Below, one piece after another: positions 1-13,484 of a stretch of DNA of 64,000 nt. A program made the position numbers and the translations under genes. The DNA is from Styela clava (Eukaryota): the NCBI RefSeq assembly GCF_964204865.1, contig NC_135250.1, positions 7,316,001 to 7,380,000 on the forward strand, given 5' to 3'. The notes under the pieces are model-generated. The model was given only the letters and a program-made list of their open reading frames with translations, had not been told where the DNA came from and ran no database searches. The stretch's first letter is position 1, and each line of letters starts with the position of its first letter.

Positions 1-2171
1 TTGCATCTTTATTGTTGAAATACATTCTGGATATTTTCCTGGTCTCAGAAATCCTTAAAAATTCATTGGATATTAAATTCGGTTCATTCGTAATAAGAAA
101 GCATTATTGCTTTCGATACGTTTCTGCGTCATATAAAAATAACTTTGCCAGATGGTGACTTTCCAAAACGCGTGTTGAATATCGTCTTGAGACTATATCG
201 ATACCGTTTTATTATCTTTTTATGGCCTCTCACAAAATACCATAAAATTAGCCTCGACGGCCTTATACGTCGTTAATTACGCATGAACTTTGTAGGTTTT
301 TGTTAAATATCATCCCCGCAGAATTCACAATAGCTGTTTATAACGCTAAAAAATACCAATCACATCGTGTCATTATTTATGCTACTGACTTTAGTTTCTA
401 CTTGGCCCGTGATAGGGCATATCCTGATATTGCGTATTCGTAATTTGACTACCCCAAGGGCGTGTCTTGGCCCACTGCTATTCATATATATAATATATCG
501 GGAATCTGGATTATTAATTATAGGTATTCATGCCTTGTCTTTCCTCAACCAACATTATTGGCAGGGCAGCACCATTTTATTCACAGCCTATTTTGTACCA
601 GGATTCTATATGAAAAATATATTTTTTAAGTTAACTAATAAAAACAATACTTCTTTTATCTGTGCATTGTCATTTCTTAACTGGGTGGTGTCCTTTTAAT
701 TATTGACACAAAATCAAGATCTTTCATGCTTGGTATATTTATAACAATGAAATTATAGGCAATTTCAAATCAGAGGCCACTGGGATTGTTCCCTATAATC
801 ATATAATACCACCACAGCCACCCTCTATTATACTTAGATTTTGACTTCATCCTGTTTATGCATTGTCAACCAAGCGTATAAATTGATACACGCCTTCTCC
901 AGAACTGTACTTAGTTACTTACATTTTTTATTTTTCATTTTGAAACCTGAATAGACCTTTTAGGTGTGGTATATTGTTGCTTGGTTACCATAAATATTAT
1001 AGAGTTGTCATGCTACCTAATGTGCCATGCAAAAATAAGTCCATAAGAAGAGAAGACTTTCTGTGGATTTATTTCATCAATATTGTAGAATGAAATCCAA
1101 CAAACCAATTAAGATGATTGGTATTGTTACTGTTAAAATGGTGATTGTGTTGTATTTGTTTTTTTGGTCAATTTTTTATACAATCTTTTGCCAGCCCATA
1201 TGGACTTTTGTCATATTTTTGGGTTTTAGTTCAAGAAATGAAACCTTGGTTCTAAACTTTGGTTCTCAAGTCTCAAATCTATTGTGTCAGTTATATTGCT
1301 AAAGTAGGCTTAGTATTTATCTCCCTAACTTTCTTCGAACAACATAGAAGTCACGTTTTACCCACAGTGGGTATGAAATAATCTGATTAAAATATTTGAG
1401 GCCTTGTAACTAACTCATGCATGAGAACTCCATCCAATTATGAAATAAGATGCATGTGATTGAATGAAATGACCTTATGAGCCTACTATAGATAAAGATA
1501 AATGAAGTGATACCCCAATCTATCTCTATGTTTTGTACACAAAGTTCGGCGATTTGTATTTACCAGTCAAATATGATGATTATATAACTAGTACAACACA
1601 GTATTAATAGATGTAAAATATTCGGATTCAGAAAATAAAATATTATGATTGGTTTGAAAAGCTGTAATACTCCGATAATAGGTGTTCCACTGAGCTACTA
1701 GCCTTTGTAGAAAAATTTGCCAAATTATATTGTTTACATAGTAAGTAGTTAGATTGTTGTCATTTCTCTGTCTTGAGGAATGATATAGTTCCAAACGGTA
1801 TGAAAGCACTTGTTCACTCCTCTACTTTTATTTACTTTGTCAAGGACCCAAACACAATAGATAGTCGTTCGTCAATTGCATCTTACTAAAACCAACAACG
1901 CTAACACAGATCCATTGTCCTTAGTCTTATTGTATCAAATTCCATTTAAAGAAGATTAATAAAGTGTTTGCGTTGTGCGTCTACTCGGAATGTAAAAGGG
2001 CAGAATCTGTTTACTTTCAAGTGAATTTGAATACTCGAATAAATTTGTGCCCGTGCCATTTATCAAGCTGGATGAGATTGTGAAAGCTCTGCGTTTTACA
2101 CATCAGAAAATTTGTTCAAATATATTCCGCAAAATACTATTTTCTCATTTTGAATTTCCTATTTTTTTCAG

Positions 2172-5100
2172 TTACGGCAAAATTGTATCAACGAAAGCTA
2201 TCATTGATCCACAAACTAATTTATGTAAAGGATATGGATTTGTAGATTTTGATAGATTTGACTCAGCAAATCATGCAGTCCAACAATTAAAAGCAAAGGG
2301 GATTCAAGCTCAAATGGCAAAGGTAAAAAGAACATACACGACCATAAACAGAATAGGTCTAAATTTTTTTCCTGTAAATAAAAATTCTAGATATTTAGAT
2401 GAATATATGAGCTTTTATACTTGTTACTATAATATCAAGATCTTTCTAGCCAAACTGACCTTGTCTTCCTGGGATACTTAGTTGTGTTCATTAGTTTATC
2501 GTGACTGAATGTTCCTATAAAAGTTATCAAAACGTGACCAAATACACTTACTTTCTATTATTTATCAAAACAATTTATGTTTTTTTTAGCAACAAGAGCA
2601 AGATCCAACTAATCTATATCTTTCAAACCTCCCTCCTAACTTCAATGAACACGATTTGGAACAAATGCTGCTACCTTTCGGACAAGTGATCTCCACAAGA
2701 ATTTTGCGAGATAATAATGGCGTCAGCAAGGGTGTTGGTTTCGCCAGGATGGAATCAAAAGAAAAATGCGAGCTCATTATAGAAAAATTCAATGGAAAAT
2801 ATCTCGCTAATGGTACTAGTAAGTATATATTAGTAATTTAACAATGGAAAGTAGTGAATATATAGAAAACGCGTTTCACTTTGTTTGTCTGTATAATACC
2901 ATTGTTTTCACCCTGTTGCAGCTAAGAATTTTGAACTGAACAGAATATGAAATAATTGGGCCACCATAGGATGCTGTTTATTTTTTCCACTCCTTTCAAA
3001 ATACCATTTTACGTATATCACAAGTTTGTGTGAATTCACACCCGCTTGTATATTTAGAAGATAATTTCCTGTTTCACCAAACAGGATGAAGAAATTTCTA
3101 CTTTTCTCTACCTAATGTTATTGTGTATATAGTCGTATTTACTATTCGGAGATGTGTATGTAAATTTTGAAAATCCTATGTGTATATATAAAATAGTTGG
3201 GGAAAAAAGATTTGTTCCCAGTATTTATATTTTTTACGATATGGTTTTTTATAAATGGTTATATTTCATTTCAGATCATAGCAGTGATCCTCTGCTGTGC
3301 AAATTTGCAGATGGAGGCCCAAAGAAAAACAAACAACATCAAAAATTCATGGGTAACGGTCGAAGCTGGGGTAATGACCTGCCATTTCAGTATGACCCCA
3401 TCACCCACAATGGGTAAGTTATCGAGTATTATCATTTATATTCCATAAGGCATTTTCGTTTGTACTGACGATTTCTTTGAATAATATTATTATGTATTTT
3501 TTCAGGATGGGTGTTAGCCCCAACAGAATAATGATGCAGCCTTACTTAGCTGGACCAGGAAACCCAGCGTACCAAATTCAAGCCCCACCGGCATGGGTAC
3601 AACCCCCGCCTTATGTGGTTCAATCCCATGCCACCAATTCTGTAAGTAAAATATTGAATGATATGTGAACAGCCTGTGTGTGTGAGTGATTGTAAAAGCA
3701 AATTGATATAATATTTTTCCCTACTATTCTTATAACGAAACCAGATGTAAAAATCATGGTTTTGTATATCATCTTATATTATTATTACTGCTTTATAAAC
3801 TATTCTGGGTTCGGCCACATTTTTTTGCTGTGTAGATTTAATATGAACAGTCACAGTCATGTTTTTTTATTCTATCTACAGGGCACTGTGATATCATCAG
3901 TAGATCCCAACGCAATGCACATGCACCCAAGTGTGATGCCTCAACTTGGACATCTTACAGCTCAAATGACGCAGCTTCAACTTTCACACAATCCTGGCGC
4001 CGTTTCGGTAAATACAATCAATGAAAATTCGGCTGTTATTGTACATGCAGTCCAAAATATTTCTCCAGTTTTACAAGACACTCCGAGAGCAGAAAGTGCC
4101 CCACAAGGACAGATTATGAGCGAAACTCCGAAAAGCAGTAGACCCAGTAAAACAGAAGTAGTACAGCAAGTTATATATCCCACACAACCTGTTTGTACCA
4201 TACCAATCACCAATTCTCCTGACGACCTTTCCCCTCCACCACCCCCAGGATTTACCCTCGCTGATAAAATACACCCAGTTGAGAGTTTTCCTTTGAAAAA
4301 GATTCCGTTCGAAGTTGAACCGTGTTTCCCACCTGCCATACACAAACAGGGAGCACCGCAATGCGAATTGTGTGAACTGTCTATGAAGTGTATTCCCCCG
4401 CCTGACACTCTTCAACCAGTACCTACAGCCCCAATACAGTATGGGGTTCCATATGTAACGACTTATTCTGATACTAATTGCCCTGCTCCTTTTCAAGGGG
4501 TTTTCCCCATTCCCTTTTCTAACAGCTTCAGTGGTAGTATAGTGCTAAACCCCATATCAGCGAATCAAATTCAAGGATGAGAAATTTTTGGAATATAGCC
4601 TTCATCCAGAGATAGCAAGCACACGTTATACAGGAAGTTGGTTAAAATGAATATTTGTGGAGTTAGTTAGCAATTTTTCAAAAAATAATGTGGTAAGGTC
4701 AACATGGTGGAGTTTACATCCAGTTGAGTTATACAGTAGACTTCTTGAGGGTTTCTAGTCAAAGCGATCAATTTTGATAGATACTAGTGTTTTTGTGGAA
4801 AATGATATCTGTAACTTTACCTATGATAGTGATGCAGTTTGTAATCTTTCTTATCAGTGGATCCCAACTTAATGTTGTCGGAATGTCCAGTTGTATATTT
4901 TTCACCATTTACATTCAAAAAGTCGTTTTTAGCAGGTGGATAGACATCCCATTGGTACTTTACCATACCCACATCCTGATTATGCAGGGCATCGATGTCG
5001 TTCTTAAGTGAGGTGACTCATTTACGTGGGATAGTGCAGGGTTCACCCATGTCGCCTTAAATTTAATATTGTTGATCAGATTTCAGTTAGTAAATAAATA

Positions 5101-6618
5101 TTAACGAAATTGCCTTCGAAATAGTTTTATATAGTATTCTGTCAGAATATACGTGAAATTACCTTATTTTTGCCTGATAGCAGTCACAACCTAGAAAATA
5201 AATATTTTACAAAAATTTTATGGAATGGAATTGCGTTTATTCCACACAATTCTGTATGCTTTGTTTAAAAATCGAATGTTTATGGGGAAAATGAGAATTA
5301 CATACTTCACATATCTACTGACAGTATACATACCTTTTTGCCTAATGAAATGCAAATATTACACCTAATGAAATGTGTTCAATTTAACTTCAATTATTTT
5401 TTTAATTTTTGTTGTTCAATCTAATGGAATTCGTTAATTGTTACAAGTTTTTATTAGTTCGATTTCTTTGGTTTTGAAAGTTTTTTTTTAGCATTTGCGT
5501 TCTTGGTATTGTATATAAGTTTGTTTGAGTTTAGTTCAGTTTGGTTTTCTTTGTTCTTAACAGTTAGCTTGAGTTCAATGTTGAGGTTTTGAAAATAAAT
5601 TGGAGTTTGTTATTGTAATAATGGTATGCGATTTCCATGAATAGGAGACAGTGAGATTGTCAGATCCAGCAGTCTTTCAGTTTGATTCTAACCAGAAAGT
5701 TAAAATAAAGAACCTTAGACAGTCGTTAGGTGAGCAAATGAGTGAGTAAATTGAGACAAAAATTGCTACGAGACTTCTGCAGATTACATTTCCTAATTCC
5801 TATTGTAGGGGTTAGTTTTTTTTCATGAAATGAAGTGAGTGGAAAAGTCAGTTATGGGCTTAAGGCTATTGGATTGCTAAATCGGGCGAAGACGTAACAT
5901 ATACAAAGGAAGACTGTACAAGATTTTCAGTAAAGTTTTACTGGAAAAGGAAAGTGAAATTTCGTGTGAGTGATACTCATCAAAAGATAGGTTGATGCTA
6001 TGTTGTAAAATGTACATACTTGTATGAGTGCAGCTTACAGGTAAATATTTACGACATATTTCAGTAGCAAACAGTTTACAGCGTAGTTCAAGTTCTCAAT
6101 ATTCCTATACAGTATACACCACACCATTCATGTACTTTGCCATATTTTTCTAAATTTTCTACTATTATTCAAACTAATCATCTAAGCCTATTCTGAGACA
6201 TTTTTGTTCTCTGTGTGTAATTGTACAACTCTTTGTTTTCAGTATGGACCCAATGGAGTGCCCGGATCATACATTCCTCATTATACTGCAGCTCCAAATA
6301 TGCCTTTGCAGGTAACTGAGATGATATGATATATTTAAATTCTAATTTAATCTATACAGACATAGGAACCTTTGACGATTGTAGTAAGAACATTCAAGTT
6401 GACTGCCTTGTCATAGTTATCTTACTAAATTGCATGAATCTTCTGATGTAGCACAGAAACATAATAAACTTTTCTGTCGTACACCGTTTTATTGTAGGCT
6501 AAAATTACTCTATAGTTAATGAATATACCAAATTCTTTGCCAGATTGAAGAAGCTCTAGGTCATGGAGTCAACCATCAACCAGTTGTTAGTGCAAATGAG
6601 GAGCAGTATAGCACATAA
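2172..6618 (+). CDS. RBMS: RBMS-family (RBMS1/2/3, shep/sup-26-like) RNA-binding protein with two RRMs; 5'-partial
   Basis: Exons 2172-2322, 2590-2818 (or 2812), 3275-3413, 3506-3641, 3882-4007, 6243-6311, 6544-6618, all GT-AG and phase-compatible. Diagnostic peptides: [79 protein letters not shown]. The first half of RRM1 was not found in the window. Confidence 0.93.
4008..4580 (+). CDS. Putative alternative C-terminus of RBMS by read-through of the 4008 donor (190 aa, Pro-rich)
   Basis: The frame of exon 3882-4007 stays open for 573 nt past the GTAAAT donor, with coding-like composition unlike the flanking AT-rich introns. Confidence 0.6.
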   Translation, partial: VNTINENSAVIVHAVQNISPVLQDTPRAESAPQGQIMSETPKSSRPSKTEVVQQVIYPTQPVCTIPITNSPDDLSPPPPPGFTLADKIHPVESFPLKKIPFEVEPCFPPAIHKQGAPQCELCELSMKCIPPPDTLQPVPTAPIQYGVPYVTTYSDTNCPAPFQGVFPIPFSNSFSGSIVLNPISANQIQG

Positions 6619-9600
6619 AAGTAAGGTAATGAAATACTACTGTCCTCATTCGTTAAACATTTTCATCTGGTGCAAGTCCCACTAGCATAACTTTTATGTA
6701 TACATTGAATAATACTGTTTGCACAGTAGGAACACAAATTAAACTACCGTTACCGGTAGTATGTACCGATTCTTCCCGCTATTTGTTGACCACGAGCTTG
6801 GTGAAATATTCACGCAGTAGCTCACCTATTTTATCCAATTAGCATAATGGGTCAAACGATCGGTACCAGATAATACAAAAGCAATAAACCAAGCACCTCG
6901 CGAGACATATATTCTATATTCAACTACTGACGATTCGAAAGCCATCGGTTCGATGATTAAAGAGAAAGGCGATTCTTTGTTCCTTCATATTAATCAAAAT
7001 GTTGCGTTGACGTATCAGTATGTTTTCAGTTTCTGTTTGATTCAAACATTCATTTATATTTATATCATTTACAGGGTGTTTGTGCAATGTTGTTGAGAGC
7101 CACATCGTTCAACAATGATGTTGCTGATTCCAGTGACAATAGATTCGAGGAAAAAAGACTGATTCAAATTGATTTTGATAGAATTAAATAACAAACAGAA
7201 GTGATCTTCACCAGAGTTTTGTTTTAACGAAATACGTCACGGTGGGGATCCATCGTTGGCTTTCGTGTCGATATTTCAAGAAGCGTTTCTCGATTTTTGC
7301 GTTTCAAATGAAAAGAGAAAAATTATTGTTTGTTCGATTCTTTTCATGCCTTTTTCTTTTTTTTTTACAAAATGTTTGTGCCGTTTTCAAGTGATGGTTG
7401 TTTATATATGTTTTTCGTCAAATGTCTTTGTCTCGTCACTTCATTAGGTTTTTTTTATGATGGGAGACAATCCCACTTGTAAATAGTAAAGTTTTATCTG
7501 AAAATATGAAAGAAATAGAAAAATAGTATAGGATTATGTTTTTGTTTATGATGAATGATAAAGCAATAATAAGATTGATTTTTGATAGAGTTACGATTAC
7601 TCTAATAATCATTTTGCAAAATTTTTTAAATTTGAGATATTGGTCTGTTACAATGTGATGATCAAATTTTTCCTGTTTTTGAGTTTTTTCTATAAAGTTT
7701 AGACGTTATTTAAATTACCAGAGAAGTTTTATCAAAATCTAAAATCGTTTGTGTTGACTTAGGCTACTTATTTTTTTGTTGAATGCCGAAACTTAGATAG
7801 ATATTTTTTTACTGTTTATTCAATAATGATTTTGACTTGGATTTTATTTGTTATTAAAGAAATTGATTCTCTCACCCTGTAATAAGAGTAAAATATTTAT
7901 TTTGCTACCGTAATTTTACTCATAAAGCGTTTTGGGGGTATTGTGACTGGATGGGGAACGCAAGTTCAATTATGATACATTGCGCCGGCACCTATTGTCT
8001 CTTTCTCCTTCAGGTCATAATCCTATAACATTCGCTCTTGTAAATAATAACTTACTTGATTAACACTTGAAAATAATTTTTATTAAAAAGGAATATAAAG
8101 TGTTTATATTTTAGTAAAGATGTTTTCAGTGATAAAATTTGTTATGATGATGAAACGTTTTTTTTTCTTTATTTCCTTGTTTTAATTATTTGTCTTAATT
8201 GTTGAAAGTCTACTCCACTCCCCAACTAATGTTAATAGTTTAACATTTCCGTCCTTTCAACTGCTTACCGACATCAAAACTATAGAGGAATATTAACCAT
8301 CCAAAGTGCTAAATTTTTGTTTAATGAAACTGTGTTCAAGTAATCGCATTACTATTTCTACGTCATTCGGTGCTTTGTGACGTCATATTTGCATGTGCTG
8401 CTTAAAATCGTATAGGTAATGCGCGAATAATTTCGAATTTCGACAAAAAAAAATTAAAATGACCAAACTTCTGTGTATGGCGATTTTGTTTTTATTACGC
8501 GCCCTTTTTACAGCCTAGAGTTATATATTATGCACTTTAAATCAAGTGTACGTTCATACCGTTTTGGTGTTTACGAAGTTGAATGATTTCTTTATGAGTG
8601 TTCGTTCGTAAGTGATTGCTTGCCAAATTGAACAAAAGTCTTCAAATTTGTTACTCTATAGTCAGTTTTGTGCTTTTACTTTGTAAAATACCAAATTTCA
8701 GACTGTTTTAAATGTGAATTATGCTTTTCAGACACTAATTCGTACATATATTAATAATAGACTTTTGTCAACTTATGCGCCTCATTTGAAAAATGTGATC
8801 TTCCCTTTTTATATGAAAAAAACGTGTAAATTCCGATTTTTACAAAAATTACGACATTTTTACTGTGATTTTATCCATATTCTGTGACTAAATCTTCACA
8901 GGCGCAAAACTGTTCTTACCGGCATTCCCGACGAGAGATCTCTCCCGCCCTTCTTGGCCGAGAAAAACGGATAGAAGAGAAAATCTCGTTGGGCGTGGTT
9001 TTTATTCTCCCCCAATCAATTACAATTATCTCGTCACAGATTCTCTCTTTTTACTTCTTTTTGTTGCTTTTAATAGCAATCACGGACGACGGTTTTGAAA
9101 GCCATCTCCGTCCGTAAAAATGTTGGTTTTCATTTGTAAATAAATGAAAGCAATCTTGAGGTGTTTGTGTTGGTCATCCGAAGAGTGCCAGCGAGCTTTA
9201 GAAAATGTTATGTGGGATATGTGCGATATTGTGTGGGCACATAAGTGGAAAAAGATGAGCGTAAACAAAATCTCTGAACTGGGAGTTATTTGAAAGGAAT
9301 TCTCATGAGCGTGATGAAGACACAAATCTCACAAAAAGGACGCCATTAAAAGCTACCTAGTCGCTTCAAGTAGGCTACAGATCGAGAAAATCGGGCGTGG
9401 ATTCGTATAGTAAACTTGATTTGCGAATAGTTGGTTAGTTGCCTTTGTGACAGGACTTGTCTTTTACCGTTTTGCCTGTTTATACCATCTTAATTAAGAT
9501 CGTGAACACGGTACTGGAGATGTTCCGATACCACTTTTTCCGACGATATCGATACGCCGATATTTCAAAAACCGGATGGGATTCCATCCTACCTTTTTGA

Positions 9601-11369
9601 TCAATCCCAAAAATCATGCATGCGCTGTTTCAATGACGTCTCCATATTGAGAATACTATTTAATAATTACGACAGCTCGTTCAGTTTAATTGAGAAATAT
9701 ATTTTTATCGGGCATCGCCAGAATAATGAAGTTCAAACTTGAAATTCTAATTCTATAATTATTTCTTTAATATATTTACTTTAACATTAAATATGGAGAG
9801 GGTGCGAATTCATACTTCCTTTTATTAGTAGTTTGAAATTAAAAGAAAGATCCTCACTAATTTTGTCAGTGATCATCAGATTAGATGTTTGGGCCGTGTA
9901 TATCGAAATGATTACTAGAGCATAGTTTGACAAGAAAAAGTTTCATATCTACTATGCAATTCAATGTAAAAATTTCGATAATTTCAATACGGCGATTTGA
10001 GCTCAATTTGTGGAATTCCGCATAAAGCAATTAAACTAATTTAGCCACATCAGTCGTTTCATTAATCAAATAAAACGTCGCGAGAAATTTTCTAGAAGTG
10101 TTGTGATCCCAGTTCCCATGAAATTAGTTCAATATAATATATACAATATATAGAAGCACCTAAACTCCTTTGTTATAATCCCTATTATCTAAATCGATTA
10201 ATCACATTACAATGAGAGATTAAACATGGAAATAATATAAATATTGGTATTTTGCAAAGCTGTATTCAGTTATAAGCAGTAATCAGTAGTTTTTTTTTTA
10301 CCGCCATATCAAAACAACAGGAAAGTATATAAATAACACAATTCATAACACAAAAAACGATTCTAGAAAATCAAATGTGGTTATCCAATGATGACATCCA
10401 GATTTGCACAAACAAAATAAATGCCATCTATATATATATTACGATTTATTTTAAAAAATTTGTACTCTACGCAAAATCAAAACATCTTGCTCGGATGTCA
10501 AAAACCTCACCCAAACGCAGCTCACAGGGACAGAGGTATGTAAATTTGTACTCAAAGTAAAGTCAAAATACCTCGAACAGAAGTCGAACAAAATCACTAA
10601 AAAGCAGTAACTCACAGCTCACAAGTACCGATATCAAAGAGGTTAATCAACATTTTGAAAATATACGCTCCATAATTCATATTTATTCTTCTCTTTGCGT
10701 CAATGCAGAGTTTTATCGTTGAGAATTAGATAGTTGAATAATATTTCATTTTTTAAGTGGTTTTAAGAAACTTCACCTTTTGTGGTCTTCTCTGTAAATA
10801 CAATTACCGGTAATCTATTTTTGCCCATCAATTCTCGGAATTCATTATTCTTACATCCTTTTAAGTACGATTTATATTGTACCAAAATAACCATTGTCTG
10901 AAACATATCAATTATAGGCTACCTAAATTTATTTGAACTGGTGATCACCATTTATTTCTAATTACTAATGAAATCAGTTTGAGTTTCTAAATCGGAAAAT
11001 TCTAGAAATTGGTAAAGACAGTCTGGCGATTTTGTAACGTTTTTGGTCGTTTATAAATCCCTGGTGACAAAATTTTAAATTAGAATTGCCCGGTGTAAGA
11101 AATTAGAGTCAAAACTTTGAATTTGATGGAGTCAAACAAAATATTTCGGAGTCAGTACTCCGATTTAAGGTCAGACTGGTTCACAGCGTTAAATTAATCC
11201 TAAATGATCAAAGTCACAACATTATATGCACTCGCACTGTTTTTGCCACACGACTCTCTGAAATTGCCTTAAATATGTATATATGGTAATATCAAATGAT
11301 GAAAAGCTCGTACGATATCTTGTTGGTGACATCCTGAAGTAACAATATTTTAACGAGATAGCGATCAGA

Positions 11370-11630
11370 GACCGCCGACCGATCGATCTAGCGGTGTTTA
11401 TCCTTCACTCTAACTCAATAGCGACACCACGTGCCCCATCACCAATTAATTAATAACTCGCTAATTATACGACACAGTTCATCTAAAATTAATAGGCTTC
11501 TGGTTCGAGATATGATGAATGCACATGCAAAATTTGGAGCAGATTCAACCACGCTTTCGTGAGATATCGCGTGTATCTAACAGACAGACAGACAAATAAA
11601 CAAACAAACAGACCGATAAACATCGATAAG
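11370..11630 (+). mobile_element. Helentron/DINE-1-like non-autonomous element (HINE) fragment
   Basis: (GACA)n/(CAAA)n microsatellite at ~11581-11612, preceded by ATGCAAAATTTGGAGCAGATTC, an arrangement typical of DINE-1-like repeats; boundaries approximate. Confidence 0.4.
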
Positions 11631-12266
11631 TATTGTTGTTAGTTTCTTAAATTCAACTTCTGATTCCACATTTTAAACTGTACAATGGCCAGGATGTAAA
11701 TTGAGTGTAATACTATCTAAGCATCCTCCAAAGATTGAACAAATAACGGAAATATAATTTATAAGCATAGTGAAGGAGGAATGTGAAAAAAATCGGAAAT
11801 ATAGATAACGAGAGGAATATGTCAAAAAAGGTTGGGAAACACATAGACAGACATTAAATTGATATATCGCCAGTTTCCAATCGAACCAAATTAATTTCCT
11901 GGCAATTACAATTTAATCCTTTCTTTGGGCATTGTTAGGAGAAATAATTTGAACCTATGCATTTGTCGTGTTTGGCCGAAGAAAATAATCTGCGTGAGGT
12001 TCAACATTTTTTTCGAAATTATAAAAAAATTTATGTAAGTATTTAAATACTAGACTTATCAAATGTCATGCGTTCTATGATATGTCCGTTATTATATCAA
12101 AGTTATTAATTTCATAATTATAGCCTGACTAAAAAATAATGAACAATTGAATTAAAACCGATCGTATAAAAACGGAATAAAATGATATTTTGGTTACTTG
12201 GTTACTGGCCTTCAATAGGAACAGAACTTGTGATACATAGACCTTTTAAAGGTTTGTTGAATCAAA

Positions 12267-13484
12267 ATGGAGTTCTACAACATGAAATATGGAATCATAC
12301 TTTTCCTGATGCTGAGTTCCGGTATACCTTCATGTATAGGTAACACAGAATTTATGAGTAACAATTATCATAACTCGTTGATATTCTACTCGTTGATTAT
12401 CATACTTTGTTGATAAAATTGGATTTAAAGATGTTCGAAAAGTCGAATATTCTTCAGTATACTGGATACTCACGAATTTCGTCGTTGGTAGTCTTAATCT
12501 TCGAGTAAATGGTAAACTAGCATGTTATACAACTAAAATGACAAGTCATTGTGCACTAAATGCTCATTAACTAATAATTATTACATGCGAATTCTATTTA
12601 TAATTTCATTTTGCAGGTTGCCATTCTCCAATACCACCAAGTGGCGGTCACTCTCATTTATTATCGCAGCTTCTCGGACTGACAACGTCTTACATCGATT
12701 ATTGTTCGAAATACGCAGTAAGTCATTTTAGTACCGGTATCTTCAGCTCTTCCGTGATTCACCTTACGATAATAAGGAGTAATAGCAACAGAATTCGAAC
12801 CTGAAAACGACTTGCCAGGATAGCCAGAGGCATGAGCGTTGTTTCTGACACTTAGTCCGATGAACCAAGCATCCAATTTTTAATTGTTTCGGCCATTTTG
12901 TAACGTTGGGTTATTTATAACAGCTAATATCATATAAAAATGATTTGTTTAGTTGGATTTTGATGATGAGTTACTGTATGAAATTGCCGAAAATGATCCG
13001 GAACTGGTGGAAACATTGGAAGCAGGACAAAATCAATGGTACGCAATAATGTTGGACAATTTATGGGAAACAGAGACCTGCCAAGATCCTTCACTTGAGG
13101 ATTTTTGCGAAAAGTTTGAGGTGAGAATAATCCGTTGCTAAAATTAACTATATATATTATATATATTATTTACAAATTTTGTACTCTATCTGTATATTAG
13201 TTGGATTCGAACTCAAAGTCTATAATCACTCACCAAATGTTCGATACAGAGTTTCACAGAGAGGTTAGCAGTTACCAATTAATAATTTGATTAATTAATT
13301 TAATTTCTGTTAACCTCATTCTGTCCATTCTGCAAATTTTCAAGGCAACGGGTTACATGAGTAAAAATCAACAATACATGATATGTTACAGTTCGTAACT
13401 TTACTCTAGATTTATTAATAATCTTTATTAAATACTGATTTTCATTTTATTTTTCAGGAATGTATAATCGATTTAAATACGTGA
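12267..13484 (+). CDS. Uncharacterised small secreted acidic protein (~122 aa, 4 coding exons)
   Basis: Exons 12267-12339, 12617-12717, 12953-13120, 13458-13484 with canonical sites and matching phases (1,0,0). Product: MEFYNMKYGIILFLMLSSGIPSCIGCHSPIPPSGGHSHLLSQLLGLTTSYIDYCSKYALDFDDELLYEIAENDPELVETLEAGQNQWYAIMLDNLWETETCQDPSLEDFCEKFEECIIDLNT*. Hydrophobic N-terminus resembles a signal peptide. Confidence 0.75.
12745..12874 (-). mobile_element. tRNA-derived SINE fragment in intron
   Basis: Minus strand shows A-box-like TGGTTCATCGG and B-box GGTTCGAATTC at SINE-like spacing. Confidence 0.45.

Noticed and set aside
367-1809. Short ORFs at the window start
   Set aside because: AT-rich, hydrophobic-biased random ORFs within a presumed RBMS intron; no RRM1 N-terminal exon found.
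3977-4496. Antisense ORFs of 143 and 141 aa
   Set aside because: Shadow ORFs of the Pro-rich plus-strand RBMS extension; the same applies to antisense ORFs over 25228-26727 and 59712-61934.
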